From positions 1 to 45,364 of the IMG/VR virus record IMGVR_UViG_3300037604_000088: a stretch of DNA of 45,364 nucleotides. The stretch is one strand, 5' to 3'. The notes beneath the pieces were generated by a model that worked only from the letters and a program-made list of their open reading frames with translations, searched no databases and was not told where the DNA came from. Within the stretch, counting starts at the first letter, position 1; every line of letters begins with the position of its first letter. Of the stretch, positions 1 to 9,502 are shown piece by piece. This stretch comes from a virus (taxonomy: Duplodnaviria; Caudoviricetes). The position numbers and the translations under genes are program-made.

Positions 1-25
1 ATGCCACGTAACGAAGAGGACATCA

Positions 26-105
26 GTGATGAAAGAGCTGAAAAAGCCGGGGCGCCCAAGGATATCCTGATCGCCGTCTTGGACGGGCTAAAGGGCCTCC
101 CCGAC
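26..105 (+). pseudogene. Degraded IS256-family transposase fragment
   Basis: With two frameshifts translates as VMKELK-RGAQ-DILIAVLDGLKGLPD, matching the IS256 segment VMNELKNRGVxDILIAVVDGLKGFP. Confidence 0.65.
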
Positions 106-125
106 AACGCCGGGAACTCCGACGT

Positions 126-359
126 TCAGGCCGCTCCACACCCCCGCGCCTGCTCCCGCATCACCGCGTAGTCGGCGAGCATCTCCACGACCACCGATCC
201 CTGCGGCAGCAAGGCCAGCTCCTCTGCCGCCCGCGCCTGGACCTCCCGGCTGTATTCGACGACCGGCGGACACAGCACGTGCGCACCCAGATCAAAACCG
301 CCCCCCGCGCAACCGCTCAACAAGAGCGTCCCGATCACGAGGGCGACGCGCGGCCGCAT
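126..359 (-). CDS. Outer-membrane lipoprotein spanin (Rz1/o-spanin-like)
   Basis: MRPRVALVIGTLLLSGC signal peptide with lipobox LSGC; overlaps the 3' end of the i-spanin; last gene of lysis cassette; start moved to ATG at 359. Confidence 0.75.
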   Translation of the reverse strand: MRPRVALVIGTLLLSGCAGGGFDLGAHVLCPPVVEYSREVQARAAEELALLPQGSVVVEMLADYAVMREQARGCGAA

Positions 360-549
360 CCAGCATCTGTCTTTGAATGGCATTGGTCCGCTCCAGGTGT
401 TCGATCCGCTCGGCGGCGCGGCCGGCGCGCTCGCCCAAACGGCGGAGGTTCATGAGCAACAGCGCGACGGCGAGCGCGACGAGGGCGAGCCCCACCACCC
501 GCCGCGCCCATGGCCGGGCAAGCAGCCCCACCAGCATACCGCCCCACAT
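292..549 (-). CDS. Inner-membrane spanin (Rz/i-spanin-like)
   Basis: N-terminal TM helix followed by charged coiled-coil; between endolysin and lipoprotein. Confidence 0.7.
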   Translation of the reverse strand: MWGGMLVGLLARPWARRVVGLALVALAVALLLMNLRRLGERAGRAAERIEHLERTNAIQRQMLDAAARRPRDRDALVERLRGGRF

Positions 550-1220
550 CAGCGCCGCCCCCTGCGCCAGTCATCGAGCCTGGCCCAGACCGCCACCGCG
601 ATCCCGCAAAGCGCCAGGGCGATGAACACCCAGCGGAGCGTGTCGAGATACGGCACCAGCGGCAGCACCGCGCTCTGCGCCTCCGCCAGGACCTCCTGCG
701 CGACCTCGACGCCCCCCGCCCCGACGGTGGCCACACCGGCCGCGCCTGTGCCCCTGAGCGTCCGGCTGTCCGCCAGCACCTCGCGCGCGGGCGGGACCTC
801 CTTTGCAAACGGCGCCGCCCGTACCGGGAACCGCTCGCCCCACTGGCGCGCAGGCCCCAGATCGATGTGCATGAACCCCGAGCGCGGGTAGAACCCGAAG
901 CCCAGAAACCCCACCTCGCGCGCCGCCGCCTCGAAGGCTTCGGGGTCGTGGTTCGCCATGGAGATATCGAACGCCGTGCCCTCCATGTGTTTCGAGGCCG
1001 GCGCGCCGCCGACGGCGCGGTTGTGCTGGGGGCTGCGATAGCCCGAGCGGACGATCATCGGCTTGCCCAGCCGGTCGCGCAGCGCCTGAAGCGCATCGAG
1101 CGCGCCCTCGTGAACCAGCAGCGTGCCGGTGCCGCGGCAGGCGATCTCGGCGGGGGAGAAGTCGGGCCAGCGCCAGGTGTCGGGCGCGACCGCGCTGTAG
1201 TGTTCGTGGAACCGGGGCAT
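549..1220 (-). CDS. Endolysin, peptidase M15 (YcbK/D-Ala-D-Ala carboxypeptidase-like) with C-terminal hydrophobic segment
   Basis: SGYRS, SKH...AFDI and FMHIDLG zinc-peptidase motifs; position in lysis cassette. Confidence 0.9.
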   Translation of the reverse strand: MPRFHEHYSAVAPDTWRWPDFSPAEIACRGTGTLLVHEGALDALQALRDRLGKPMIVRSGYRSPQHNRAVGGAPASKHMEGTAFDISMANHDPEAFEAAAREVGFLGFGFYPRSGFMHIDLGPARQWGERFPVRAAPFAKEVPPAREVLADSRTLRGTGAAGVATVGAGGVEVAQEVLAEAQSAVLPLVPYLDTLRWVFIALALCGIAVAVWARLDDWRRGRR

Positions 1221-1299
1221 TGGTGTCTCCTTGAAACGCAGAAGACCCGCCGAGGCGGGCCGGATGGGTGGTGCGATGGGGGGGGCGTCCGACGGGAAC

Positions 1300-1701
1300 T
1301 CACTCGTCGGTCGATTGCGGCGGGTTGGCCGGCGGGTTTGCAGACGGCGGCGGATCGACGACCTGCGGCGGGGCGTGCTGGAAGACGGTGAAGAGCAGCT
1401 GGCGCATCTGGTAGAGGTCCTGCTCGAGGCGCGCGCGATGCGCCTGCTCGGAGGCCCTGTCCTCGGCGCGCTGGGCCTCGAGGCGCCGGATCTCGGCCGC
1501 GCGGGCGGCCTCGGCGCGCGCGCTCTCGGCTTTGAGTTCCTGTTCGAGCCGGTGCACCACGGCCTCGTTGGTAAACGCCTTGCGCGTGACCGCCACGGCG
1601 AGCCCCACGAGGGCGGTGGCGAGCGCCCCGATGGCGGCGGTGAGACCGTTCTCGCGCAGGGCCTCGGCGATCTGGGCGATGAGTGTGGGGCGATCCGTCA
1701 T
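1300..1701 (-). CDS. Putative holin-like membrane protein
   Basis: One TM segment (LTAAIGALATALVGLAVAV) plus coiled-coil; immediately upstream of endolysin. Confidence 0.5.
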   Translation of the reverse strand: MTDRPTLIAQIAEALRENGLTAAIGALATALVGLAVAVTRKAFTNEAVVHRLEQELKAESARAEAARAAEIRRLEAQRAEDRASEQAHRARLEQDLYQMRQLLFTVFQHAPPQVVDPPPSANPPANPPQSTDE

Positions 1702-2696
1702 GGTGCGCTGAGCAATCCGATCTCGGCAGGCAGCGTGGCGTCCGTCCAGACCGCGCCGTTGCCCGGATTCTGCGGCCAGGAGAAGATCACCTGTTCGGGC
1801 ACCGCGCTGGAAAGTGCTGCGGCGCTCGCGTCATGATCCACTCCGCCGAGGCGCAGGAAGCCCGCGAGGCTGCCCGGCCCGCTGGTGCCGGCCTGGGCGA
1901 CGGCCTTGATGTGCACGGCCGCAATGGCCGCGCCCGCCGGCCCCGCAGGCCCGGCGAGCGTCGCGCTCTGGCGCTGACCGGCGGTGTCGCTCGACATGCG
2001 CGTCGCGATATTGCCGTCCCCGAGGGCCGCGAGCGTGCCCGCCCACTGGCCGTGGGCGCCGGCCATGCCCGGCACCTGCCGGGCGAAGCGCCGGCCGATG
2101 GTCGGGGTGCCGTCGAGTACCGCGATATGGGCGTAATACCAGGTCGCGTCACCAAAATGGCTGTGCATGTTGGTATTGCCGAACACGGCGGAGACCGGCT
2201 TGCCCTTGCCGGCGGTGTTGGCCGCGGTGGCGCTGCTCATCAGGCCCGCGCCGTCGTAGAGCTCGATGGTGATATCGGTGCCTACGGCGACGCGCACATT
2301 GATCCAGTGAACGGTCCCTGTGCCCTTGTCGATGCCGTTCGCGCCATCGACGACCGTGTCGCCGCTTGCCCGCGCGAAGATCGTGGGCGTGCTCTTTCGA
2401 CCGCGCAGTTCTGCCACGGTGTTTCCCGAGGCATCCCGGAACGCGAGGACGGAGACGTCCTTGTAGTAGAACTCCGCGGAGGACGTGTCCGGCGCGCGGA
2501 GACGGACCTGGAGCCACAGATCGCCCGCAGGCGGCGGGAAGGCGAGGCTGAAGGCCGAGCTGTGGGACCTGCCACCCGTGAACTTCACAGCGTTCACGTC
2601 GAGCTCCGCGTCGAACCCGGCGGGGTCCGTGCTCATCAGCGCGGGCTCGATCCCGCCGAGATCGGCCGGCTGATGGCCGAGATGGAGGATGGTCAT
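1698..2696 (-). CDS. Tail-associated / receptor-binding protein (unknown family)
   Basis: 332-aa beta-rich ORF, translationally coupled within the distal tail cluster. Confidence 0.6.
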   Translation of the reverse strand: MTILHLGHQPADLGGIEPALMSTDPAGFDAELDVNAVKFTGGRSHSSAFSLAFPPPAGDLWLQVRLRAPDTSSAEFYYKDVSVLAFRDASGNTVAELRGRKSTPTIFARASGDTVVDGANGIDKGTGTVHWINVRVAVGTDITIELYDGAGLMSSATAANTAGKGKPVSAVFGNTNMHSHFGDATWYYAHIAVLDGTPTIGRRFARQVPGMAGAHGQWAGTLAALGDGNIATRMSSDTAGQRQSATLAGPAGPAGAAIAAVHIKAVAQAGTSGPGSLAGFLRLGGVDHDASAAALSSAVPEQVIFSWPQNPGNGAVWTDATLPAEIGLLSAP

Positions 2697-2699
2697 GGG

Positions 2700-3608
2700 T
2701 CAGCTCCTTTCGATCCAGAGTTCATGCGCGGCGGCGGAGGCGGCCTCTCCGCCGCCGATCTCGTGCCAGAGTTCGCCGGTCGGCAGGCCGAGCGCTGTGC
2801 CGCCACCCATCTCGTGCCAGATATCGACACGGGCCACGCTCAGCGCGGCCGTGCCGCCCATCTCGATCCAGTGCGCCGCCGCCTGCACGGCCACGCCATC
2901 GGCGATGCCGAGGCTGTGCCCGAGCGCGATGCAGTTGCCCGGCACCGGGTATGAGAACTGGCCGGGCAGCGAGCGCAGCGTGCCGCCCTCGCCCGGCTCG
3001 CGCCCCTGCAGGACGGGCCGGAAGTCGCCGCCCGCGGCGTCGCTCGTCTCGGTGCCCGGATCGGTGGCGGGGTTGCTCTGCCACGCGCCATTCACGCCGA
3101 TCCAGAGCCCGCCCGAAGCGGGATCGAAGGCGAGCATCACGATGTCGCCGGCGCCATAGGCGGTATGGGAGCCGAGCCGCGAGCTGGTATTGCCCCACAC
3201 GTCGCCGTTGCCGCGGTAGCAGATCGAGCCGGCATGGACCGGGTTCTCGCCGCTGTCGAAGGTCTTGCCCGGGTCGTCCAGCTGCGCCTGCGAGACGACG
3301 CCCGCGTAGCCGTTGAACTGCGCCGGCCCGCCCGGCGCGCAGGCGATCTCCCAGTAGAAGGGGACGGGATGCGTGCCGGGGAGCCGCTTCAGGGCCGGCA
3401 CCCAGTGGCGGTAGTCGGACCCGCCGCCGGTGTTGATGAGCGTCCGGTCATCCTCGGAGAGCGTGTGCCCGGCCCCGGCCTTCGCCGCGTCGAGCCGAAC
3501 CCCGACGCCGCCGGAGCCGTCCCCGTCGGAGCCGTCCCCGCCGGAGCCGCCGCCGCTGGCCCCGCCCATGAGCAGGCCGGCGCGCGCAAGGTAGAGCCCC
3601 GCCATCAC
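2700..3608 (-). CDS. Tail fiber/adhesin-like protein with SPRY/B30.2-like domain and C-terminal WxExGG repeats
   Basis: FYWEI, GVV, YRGNG, YGAGDIVMLAFD...GLWIGVNGAW pattern typical of SPRY domains; Gly/Ser/Asp linker. Confidence 0.65.
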   Translation of the reverse strand: MMAGLYLARAGLLMGGASGGGSGGDGSDGDGSGGVGVRLDAAKAGAGHTLSEDDRTLINTGGGSDYRHWVPALKRLPGTHPVPFYWEIACAPGGPAQFNGYAGVVSQAQLDDPGKTFDSGENPVHAGSICYRGNGDVWGNTSSRLGSHTAYGAGDIVMLAFDPASGGLWIGVNGAWQSNPATDPGTETSDAAGGDFRPVLQGREPGEGGTLRSLPGQFSYPVPGNCIALGHSLGIADGVAVQAAAHWIEMGGTAALSVARVDIWHEMGGGTALGLPTGELWHEIGGGEAASAAAHELWIERS

Positions 3609-4354
3609 GCCACCTCGGAGATCGCGCCCTGCACGACCCAGGCATTGGGGCCGCGCTTGTAGAGCGCCGCGCCGGACCAGCGTGCGTCGATGGTGCAGGA
3701 CCCGGCCGGGACGTTGTTGAGCGCCACGCCCGCGGCCGCGGCGATGGTCGTGGGGCCTGCGCCGGCCTGGGTGATATTGACGAGGCTGCCCACCGGGAAG
3801 GCGACGCTCGCCTCGGCGGGGATCGTCACCGTGTTGGCACCACCGGCGGTCATCTCCACGATCGCGCCCTTGTCGGCGAGCGTGAGCATGCGCGTCGTCG
3901 CGCCATCCGCGAGCACTTCCGCCGCGCCCTCTGCGGGCGGCGGCAGGAACGCCAGCGCATCCTCCGTGGCGTTGACGCCCAGCAGGCGGCCGGCCTTGCC
4001 GGCGAGGCCCGGCAGGACGACCTGCCAGGCGGTGCCGTCGAAGCGCACCCGCTCACCCGCATCCGCGATCCACGCCTCCCAGCCGGCGGCCGGCGTGAGA
4101 TGGACCCAGCCCTCCGCGCCCGCGGGCCCGTCCCAGAGTGCGATGGCATTCGCGCTGGAGGGGGCATCGGGCGGTACGATATGGATATCCCCGGCACTGC
4201 CGGTGGCGGGCAGCGCGGTGCTGCGCGATTTGGCGGCAAGCTGGACGAGCGCGGAGAGCCGGCGCAGGTCCTCGCTGACGCTGGTGCCCCAGTCGCTCTG
4301 GCCGGGATCGTAGAAGGACCGGAGCCCGAGCCCCGGCATGATGCGCTCTGGCAT
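3605..4354 (-). CDS. Tail fiber protein (DUF2793-like N-terminal domain)
   Basis: P...GD.HIVP...AIALWD...W..L.P..GW.AWIAD...FDG..W pattern; follows the tail-tip gene. Confidence 0.75.
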   Translation of the reverse strand: MPERIMPGLGLRSFYDPGQSDWGTSVSEDLRRLSALVQLAAKSRSTALPATGSAGDIHIVPPDAPSSANAIALWDGPAGAEGWVHLTPAAGWEAWIADAGERVRFDGTAWQVVLPGLAGKAGRLLGVNATEDALAFLPPPAEGAAEVLADGATTRMLTLADKGAIVEMTAGGANTVTIPAEASVAFPVGSLVNITQAGAGPTTIAAAAGVALNNVPAGSCTIDARWSGAALYKRGPNAWVVQGAISEVA

Positions 4355-4372
4355 GTGCTACCTCGTTGATGA

Positions 4373-7300
4373 TCAGGCGGGCGCGCCCCAGTCCTCGCCC
4401 CAGGCCGCACCCCAGCCGGAAAGGATGGCGAGGCGAAAGGCCCGCCCCGTGCGGCTCTCGCGCGGGCTGCCGTCCACGTCGCGCACCGCGAGCACGCGGA
4501 CCTCGACTTCCGAGACGGTCGGCGGCGCGGCCCCGACCGGAATCTCGGCATGCGTGATCGTGTGGCTGGTTCCCGTGCCGGCGGGGATGCGCGCCGCAAC
4601 CGGCGTCATGGTCGCGTCTGTTGCCGGGTCCACCCAGCGGATGTCGACGACGTAAGAGATGCCCGGCTCGGGGCCGATATCGCCGGCGGTGTAGTCGTCG
4701 AGCACCGGCCCGGTCTGCGCGAGCCGGTCGCGATGCGCCCAGCTCAAGGTCACGTCGCCCGCGAGAAGTGCGCGCCTGTCGATGCCGTAGCCGCCATTGG
4801 CCATCGCCCGCCCGGGCGGCAGCGGCCGGATGGCGCGGCCCGCGAGCGTCACGCTGTCCTCGGGCGCGAGCGCGAAGGCCAGCGTCCCGCGCCCGGTCTC
4901 GGGCAGCAGCCGGACGGCGAGGGTCTCGCCCGCCGCATAGGCGCCGTCGGTGATCCGGGCGCTGTCGTCGAAGAAGAGGACGGGCGTGCCCGCAGGATGG
5001 GCAAGCGGCACCGTGTCGAGACAGCCGCGGCCCACGGTGATCGAAGTGGCGGTGATCCCGTCGATGCGCACGAGCTCCCCGCCGATACCGGCCAGCGAGC
5101 CGATGCCGACCTCGCCGAGGCCGCGCCAGCCGGTGACGGGGACGGTCCGTGCCTCTGGATCATCCGCGATGTCCGCGGCCAGAACCGCCGAGGGCGCAAA
5201 ATCCACCGCCCCGTCCTGCACAGGGCCGGTGCCGGGATCGATCCAGAGCTCGGCCGCGAGCGCATCGGCGCTCGGGCGCTCGCCCGTGGCGATGAGCGCG
5301 CCCGCGCCCGGGTCCTCCGCGAGGATGCGGTCGGCCTCGCTGTGGCCGAGCTCGCGCACCAGAAGCCAGTAGGGGGCCTCCGTGACCATGCGGTGCGCGA
5401 GCGCGCGCGGCGGGGCGGCCACGCCGCTGCCCGGGGACATGCGCCCGCCGGCGATGGCGGTGGTGCCCAGGGCGAAGACATCCTCGGCGATCTTCAGCCG
5501 GATGCCGTTCTCGCGCCCGTCGCCCTGGCCGATCTCGGAGATGCGCATGACCACATCGTCGAGCCCGCGGCGCGCCGAGCGCAGCCGGATCACGTCGCCG
5601 GGCCCGAGCCCGGCGCCGGCGCGGTTGACGGTGATCTCGCCGGAGAGCAGCGGGACCGAGAGCGCGCGCAGGTCGCGCTCGGCCACGCGCACCGCCAGCC
5701 CCTGGTAGCGGACGCCGGGGGAGTCGAGCGTGGTGGCGATGACCTGGCCCATGTCCTGCACGCGGGCGGTGTCGGTCACCGAGACCGAGCCGGGCGCGTC
5801 GGTCCAGGCATCGGTGAAGCGCACGGTGACCGAGTTCACCAGATCCGACGGTGCGCGCCGCCCCAGCCGGCCCCAGTCGACCACGTTGGTCTCATCAAAA
5901 AGTGGCAGCGTGGCGGGGTCGTAATCCGCGCGGATGAGCCTGAGCTCCCACAGCCCCGTGCGCCGGTCGATGAAGAGCGTGGCGTCGATATGGTCGAGCA
6001 CGCTCACGATGAACTCTTCGATGGAGCTGTCCTGCTGCCAGATCAGCGACAGCCCGAAGCCCTCGGCAAAGAGGGTGTCCGCCGCCGCCGTGAAGCTCGC
6101 CCCCATCTCCATGTCGGCATACCCCAGCCCCCAGTCGCGGTTGGTAAGGCATTCGCGGATGATATGGGAGGGGTTCATGTCCGGCCCGTTGCCGAACGCG
6201 CCCCGGAGCGAGGCCACGAGCGCCTGGCTGTCACCGGGCGGGATGACCGGCACGCCGTCGACGGGCGTGGTGTCGATGCGCGCGGTATGGGTGGTATCCG
6301 ACAGCGCGATGTTGAAGCCGAAGATGTCGGCGGGCGGCAGGCTGGCAATGCGCGCGAGCGCGGCCTCCACGGAGGATACCGGCGAGGGCTCCCCGTCGGT
6401 CACGAAGATGACGATCCGGCGCTTCTCGCCGCTGCCCGCGAAGAAGGCGCCCGCAGCCGCGAAGGCCGCATCGAAACTCGTGCCGCCCGCGGTGAAGCTG
6501 GAAAGCGCCAGCATCCAGTCCTCGAGCGCGGCGTAGTCCGCGGGCCCCATGTTGCGCCGCTCGATCATGTCCGCCATGGAAGAGTTCCAGAGCACCACCG
6601 CCATGTCGTTGGGCCGGTCGGGATCGACGCCTGCGCCGATCTCGCGGATGAGCGCCGCGACGCCCGCCTTTTGCGCCGCCATGCGCGTGCCCGACATCGA
6701 GCCCGAGACATCGAGGGCGATGTAGATGGCCGCATCCGAGATGCTGGCCTCGGGCACGATGGGCGCGGTCTCGGGATACCATTGCAGGCTGCCGGCCTCG
6801 CCCGCCAGCACGCGGGTGACGCGCACCGCCCAGGGCTTCAGGTAGGGGTTGAGGCCCAGATAGACCTGCCGCAGCACGAGGCTGCAGAGCCCGCGAAACC
6901 CCGGCACCTCCCCGCCCATGCGGGCGGCCAGGTAATCGTTCGCGCCCTGGCCGGGGCCGCCCATCAGCACATCGACATCGCCCACGATCCCGCCCTCGCG
7001 GCTCTCGCCGCCGAAGAGCTGCGGCTTGTCGATGCGGATGCGCCCGCCGCCCGCACCGGCGGTGCTGGCCGCACTGCTGGCCTCGAACACATCGACCGAC
7101 TGTGCGGGAAAGCTCAGCGTGTCGGGCTGCACGGACCAGGAGCTGGTGTTACTTGCGGTGTCATAGCCCACACCCTGCACGGTGACGGTGTGGCGCGCCC
7201 CGTCGGCCAGCAGGAGCCGGTAGTCCTGCCCGAGGCGGACGCCCGCGAGGCGGCCCGGGAACGCGACGGTGGCGGCGGTCTCGCCCGCCTGCGCCGCCGT

Positions 7301-7510
7301 GGCCGCCATGCCAGCGACCGTCCCGAGGCGCGTCTCCACGCCCGCGCCCGTGCCCGCGCCGGGACCACCGGCCCCCGTGGTCACCGACCAGGCGGTGCGG
7401 CGATCGACGAGGATCTCGCGGATGGCATCGACGGGCCCGTGGCAGAGCGCCAGATGCATGCCCAGCGAATAGCGAAAGCCGACGGTCTGTCTCTTGCTAC
7501 GCCCGCCCAT
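4373..7510 (-). CDS. Large tail tip / host-specificity protein containing a vWA domain
   Basis: N-terminal LALCHGPVD and NPYLKPW, DMNPxHIIRECLT tail-tip motifs; MIDAS DVSGS...T...FVTDG. Confidence 0.85.
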   Translation of the reverse strand: MGGRSKRQTVGFRYSLGMHLALCHGPVDAIREILVDRRTAWSVTTGAGGPGAGTGAGVETRLGTVAGMAATAAQAGETAATVAFPGRLAGVRLGQDYRLLLADGARHTVTVQGVGYDTASNTSSWSVQPDTLSFPAQSVDVFEASSAASTAGAGGGRIRIDKPQLFGGESREGGIVGDVDVLMGGPGQGANDYLAARMGGEVPGFRGLCSLVLRQVYLGLNPYLKPWAVRVTRVLAGEAGSLQWYPETAPIVPEASISDAAIYIALDVSGSMSGTRMAAQKAGVAALIREIGAGVDPDRPNDMAVVLWNSSMADMIERRNMGPADYAALEDWMLALSSFTAGGTSFDAAFAAAGAFFAGSGEKRRIVIFVTDGEPSPVSSVEAALARIASLPPADIFGFNIALSDTTHTARIDTTPVDGVPVIPPGDSQALVASLRGAFGNGPDMNPSHIIRECLTNRDWGLGYADMEMGASFTAAADTLFAEGFGLSLIWQQDSSIEEFIVSVLDHIDATLFIDRRTGLWELRLIRADYDPATLPLFDETNVVDWGRLGRRAPSDLVNSVTVRFTDAWTDAPGSVSVTDTARVQDMGQVIATTLDSPGVRYQGLAVRVAERDLRALSVPLLSGEITVNRAGAGLGPGDVIRLRSARRGLDDVVMRISEIGQGDGRENGIRLKIAEDVFALGTTAIAGGRMSPGSGVAAPPRALAHRMVTEAPYWLLVRELGHSEADRILAEDPGAGALIATGERPSADALAAELWIDPGTGPVQDGAVDFAPSAVLAADIADDPEARTVPVTGWRGLGEVGIGSLAGIGGELVRIDGITATSITVGRGCLDTVPLAHPAGTPVLFFDDSARITDGAYAAGETLAVRLLPETGRGTLAFALAPEDSVTLAGRAIRPLPPGRAMANGGYGIDRRALLAGDVTLSWAHRDRLAQTGPVLDDYTAGDIGPEPGISYVVDIRWVDPATDATMTPVAARIPAGTGTSHTITHAEIPVGAAPPTVSEVEVRVLAVRDVDGSPRESRTGRAFRLAILSGWGAAWGEDWGAPA

Positions 7511-7775
7511 CGTCGGCCTCCCTGCCGGCAGCCACGCGGGCCGCGTGGGCTTCGGCGGCCTCGCGGGCTGCGGCCGCCCGGATCACCGGGCGGGCGAGCG
7601 TCGCATCGGCTTCCCTGAGGCGCTCGGGCGCGATGCCGTGGGTGAGAAACGCCTGCCAGTCAAAGCCGTGGCGGCGAAACCACGGGCGCGCGCCGGCCAT
7701 ACAATAGCGGGCCGTGCGCAGGTCCTGCACGGTGACACGGAGCGGCGGCGCTGCGCTGTGATCGGGTGTCGTCAC
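7497..7775 (-). CDS. Small conserved tail-tip assembly protein
   Basis: GTG start overlapping upstream TGA (GTGA); YCMAGARPWFRRHGFDWQAFLTHGI motif typical of this tail module. Confidence 0.75.
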   Translation of the reverse strand: MTTPDHSAAPPLRVTVQDLRTARYCMAGARPWFRRHGFDWQAFLTHGIAPERLREADATLARPVIRAAAAREAAEAHAARVAAGREADDGRA

Positions 7776-8020
7776 TTCTTGCCGCCCTTCTTGCGGATGG
7801 GATCGACACGCAGATCCCCGGCCCAGACCACGTTGGGCCCGGTGATGAGCACGGTGCCGAAGACGACCGGGATCGGCCGGCCTTCCTCCGCCGTGGGCAG
7901 CGTGAAGTCGTCGAGCCCCGCGGCCTGCGGCGTGTCGGTCTTGGGGCGGGGCCCGAGCGCATAGGACACCGCCGAGAGTACCAGCCCGAGCACGAGCCGC
8001 GCGATGAAGGTCCAGGCCAT
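7772..8020 (-). CDS. Small tail-tip protein
   Basis: N-terminal hydrophobic segment, PTAEEGRPIPVVFGT and GPNVVW.GD motifs. Confidence 0.8.
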   Translation of the reverse strand: MAWTFIARLVLGLVLSAVSYALGPRPKTDTPQAAGLDDFTLPTAEEGRPIPVVFGTVLITGPNVVWAGDLRVDPIRKKGGKK

Positions 8021-8059
8021 GGGCAAGATCCGGGTGTGGAAGTGGCGCGCGCGGGCGCG

Positions 8060-8920
8060 TCAGACGATGGAGCCGCCGCCCAGCGGGTTGCGGCCGGGGA
8101 TCTCGGGAAAGCCTCCGAAGTTCGCGAGATTGCCGAACTTGCCCGCGCAGGTGGTAGCGCGCAGGTCGCAACCCGGTGCGATCCCGACCTGAACGGGCAG
8201 CGGATCGCCCGTATCGGGGTCGACCTCCGGCGTGGCCAGTGCCGCGGCCAGTTCCGGCATCGGACGCGACAGGATGAGCGTGGCGCCCGCATGCCCGGTG
8301 ATGAACCCCAACGCCGTGCCGAATCGCAGAACGCCACCGCGGAACCAGCCATCGGACTGGTCCGCCGCCGCGGGGATCGTGACGGCGTTGCCCGCAACCT
8401 CTGTCACCGTGCCGGTCAGCCAGTGCAGGGCGATATCGAGCCCGCAGCCGCGCCCGTAAAGCGCGTGGCGGCAGAGCCGCTGGTACTTCGCCCGCACGCC
8501 AGCCCGGCGCAGCGTGCTGAACACCGATTCGGCCTGCAGAAGGATCCGCTGGCCCTCGACCTCCGCGCCCACCACGCGGCCCTTCCAGTGCGCCACCGTC
8601 TCGCCCGGTACCTGTTCATGACCGCGGAATATGGTCAGCGTCACGGGCGTCGGGCCCATCGGCGCCAGAAACCGCCGCGCGAACGGGTGCGAGAGCGGCC
8701 AGGCCAGCTCCAGCCGCCCGCGCTCGATCTCGCTCGTCTGCACCACCTCGCCATGGGCCACCGCAGCGGGCTCCCAGGGAATCGTCTCCCCGCCGCTGCC
8801 CGGACTGCTCCAGGTCTGCGCCCGGCTCGTGAAGCGCCAGATCTGCGCGCCATCCACGAACTGGTAGAGGAAATACGGGCGGCCCTCGGCGGTGGAGGCG
8901 TCGACGGAGGCGTAGGTCAT
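8060..8920 (-). CDS. Phage BR0599/DUF2163-family tail hub (gpL-like) protein
   Basis: YQRLCRHALYGRGCG and C-terminal PGCD...C..KFGNLANFGGFP..P Cys motif. Confidence 0.88.
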   Translation of the reverse strand: MTYASVDASTAEGRPYFLYQFVDGAQIWRFTSRAQTWSSPGSGGETIPWEPAAVAHGEVVQTSEIERGRLELAWPLSHPFARRFLAPMGPTPVTLTIFRGHEQVPGETVAHWKGRVVGAEVEGQRILLQAESVFSTLRRAGVRAKYQRLCRHALYGRGCGLDIALHWLTGTVTEVAGNAVTIPAAADQSDGWFRGGVLRFGTALGFITGHAGATLILSRPMPELAAALATPEVDPDTGDPLPVQVGIAPGCDLRATTCAGKFGNLANFGGFPEIPGRNPLGGGSIV

Positions 8921-9502
8921 GGTTGTCCGCGTTCTGAATATGATCGGGGTGACAGGAAATCGGTGTCATTCCAGGAGACGGGGGTTGCCCCGCTAACGGT
9001 GGCAAACTTGAACCCTCTGCACTTGGGAGTTGTGGTCAAACTTTGGGTCGCCGATTTTGCGCGAGATAAAGTCTGACTCGGCGAGTTAAGCTGCGCTGCT
9101 GGAACCAGCGCGTCAGTTGAAGTCCGTGGTGTCCTGCCGGATGCCGAAGATGCGCCGAGGTCCTGAACCACGCGGGACACGGCTTGCCCGGACCTCAAAA
9201 TTTCCGGCGCGGTCTCGTAGGGCGTCGCTCGGTGACGCTACAGCCGTTTCACAGACTTCAAGCGTAACCCTGTCAACCAGGAGTTCACGTAGAATAGCCG
9301 GTCGCCGACATCACGCCGTCACTCTTTCAGATAGCGCGTGCCACCGCCGAATTTCGAGCAACTCCCGGACTTGACCGTAGAGATTTAGGCCCGGATACTA
9401 CGTTTCTCAGAAGTGGCGATGAAAGAAACAAAGCAATGCGTCTTCAAGGCCTTTTCATCCTTCTGCCGCGCAACTTCCAGCGTCGCCCCGTGAAGAAATT
9501 CG

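Noticed and set aside
4550-7618. 1022-aa plus-strand ORF (and similar long antisense ORFs such as 26808-28247, 32501-33907, 21693-22793)
   Set aside because: Antisense shadows of high-GC genes with no motifs
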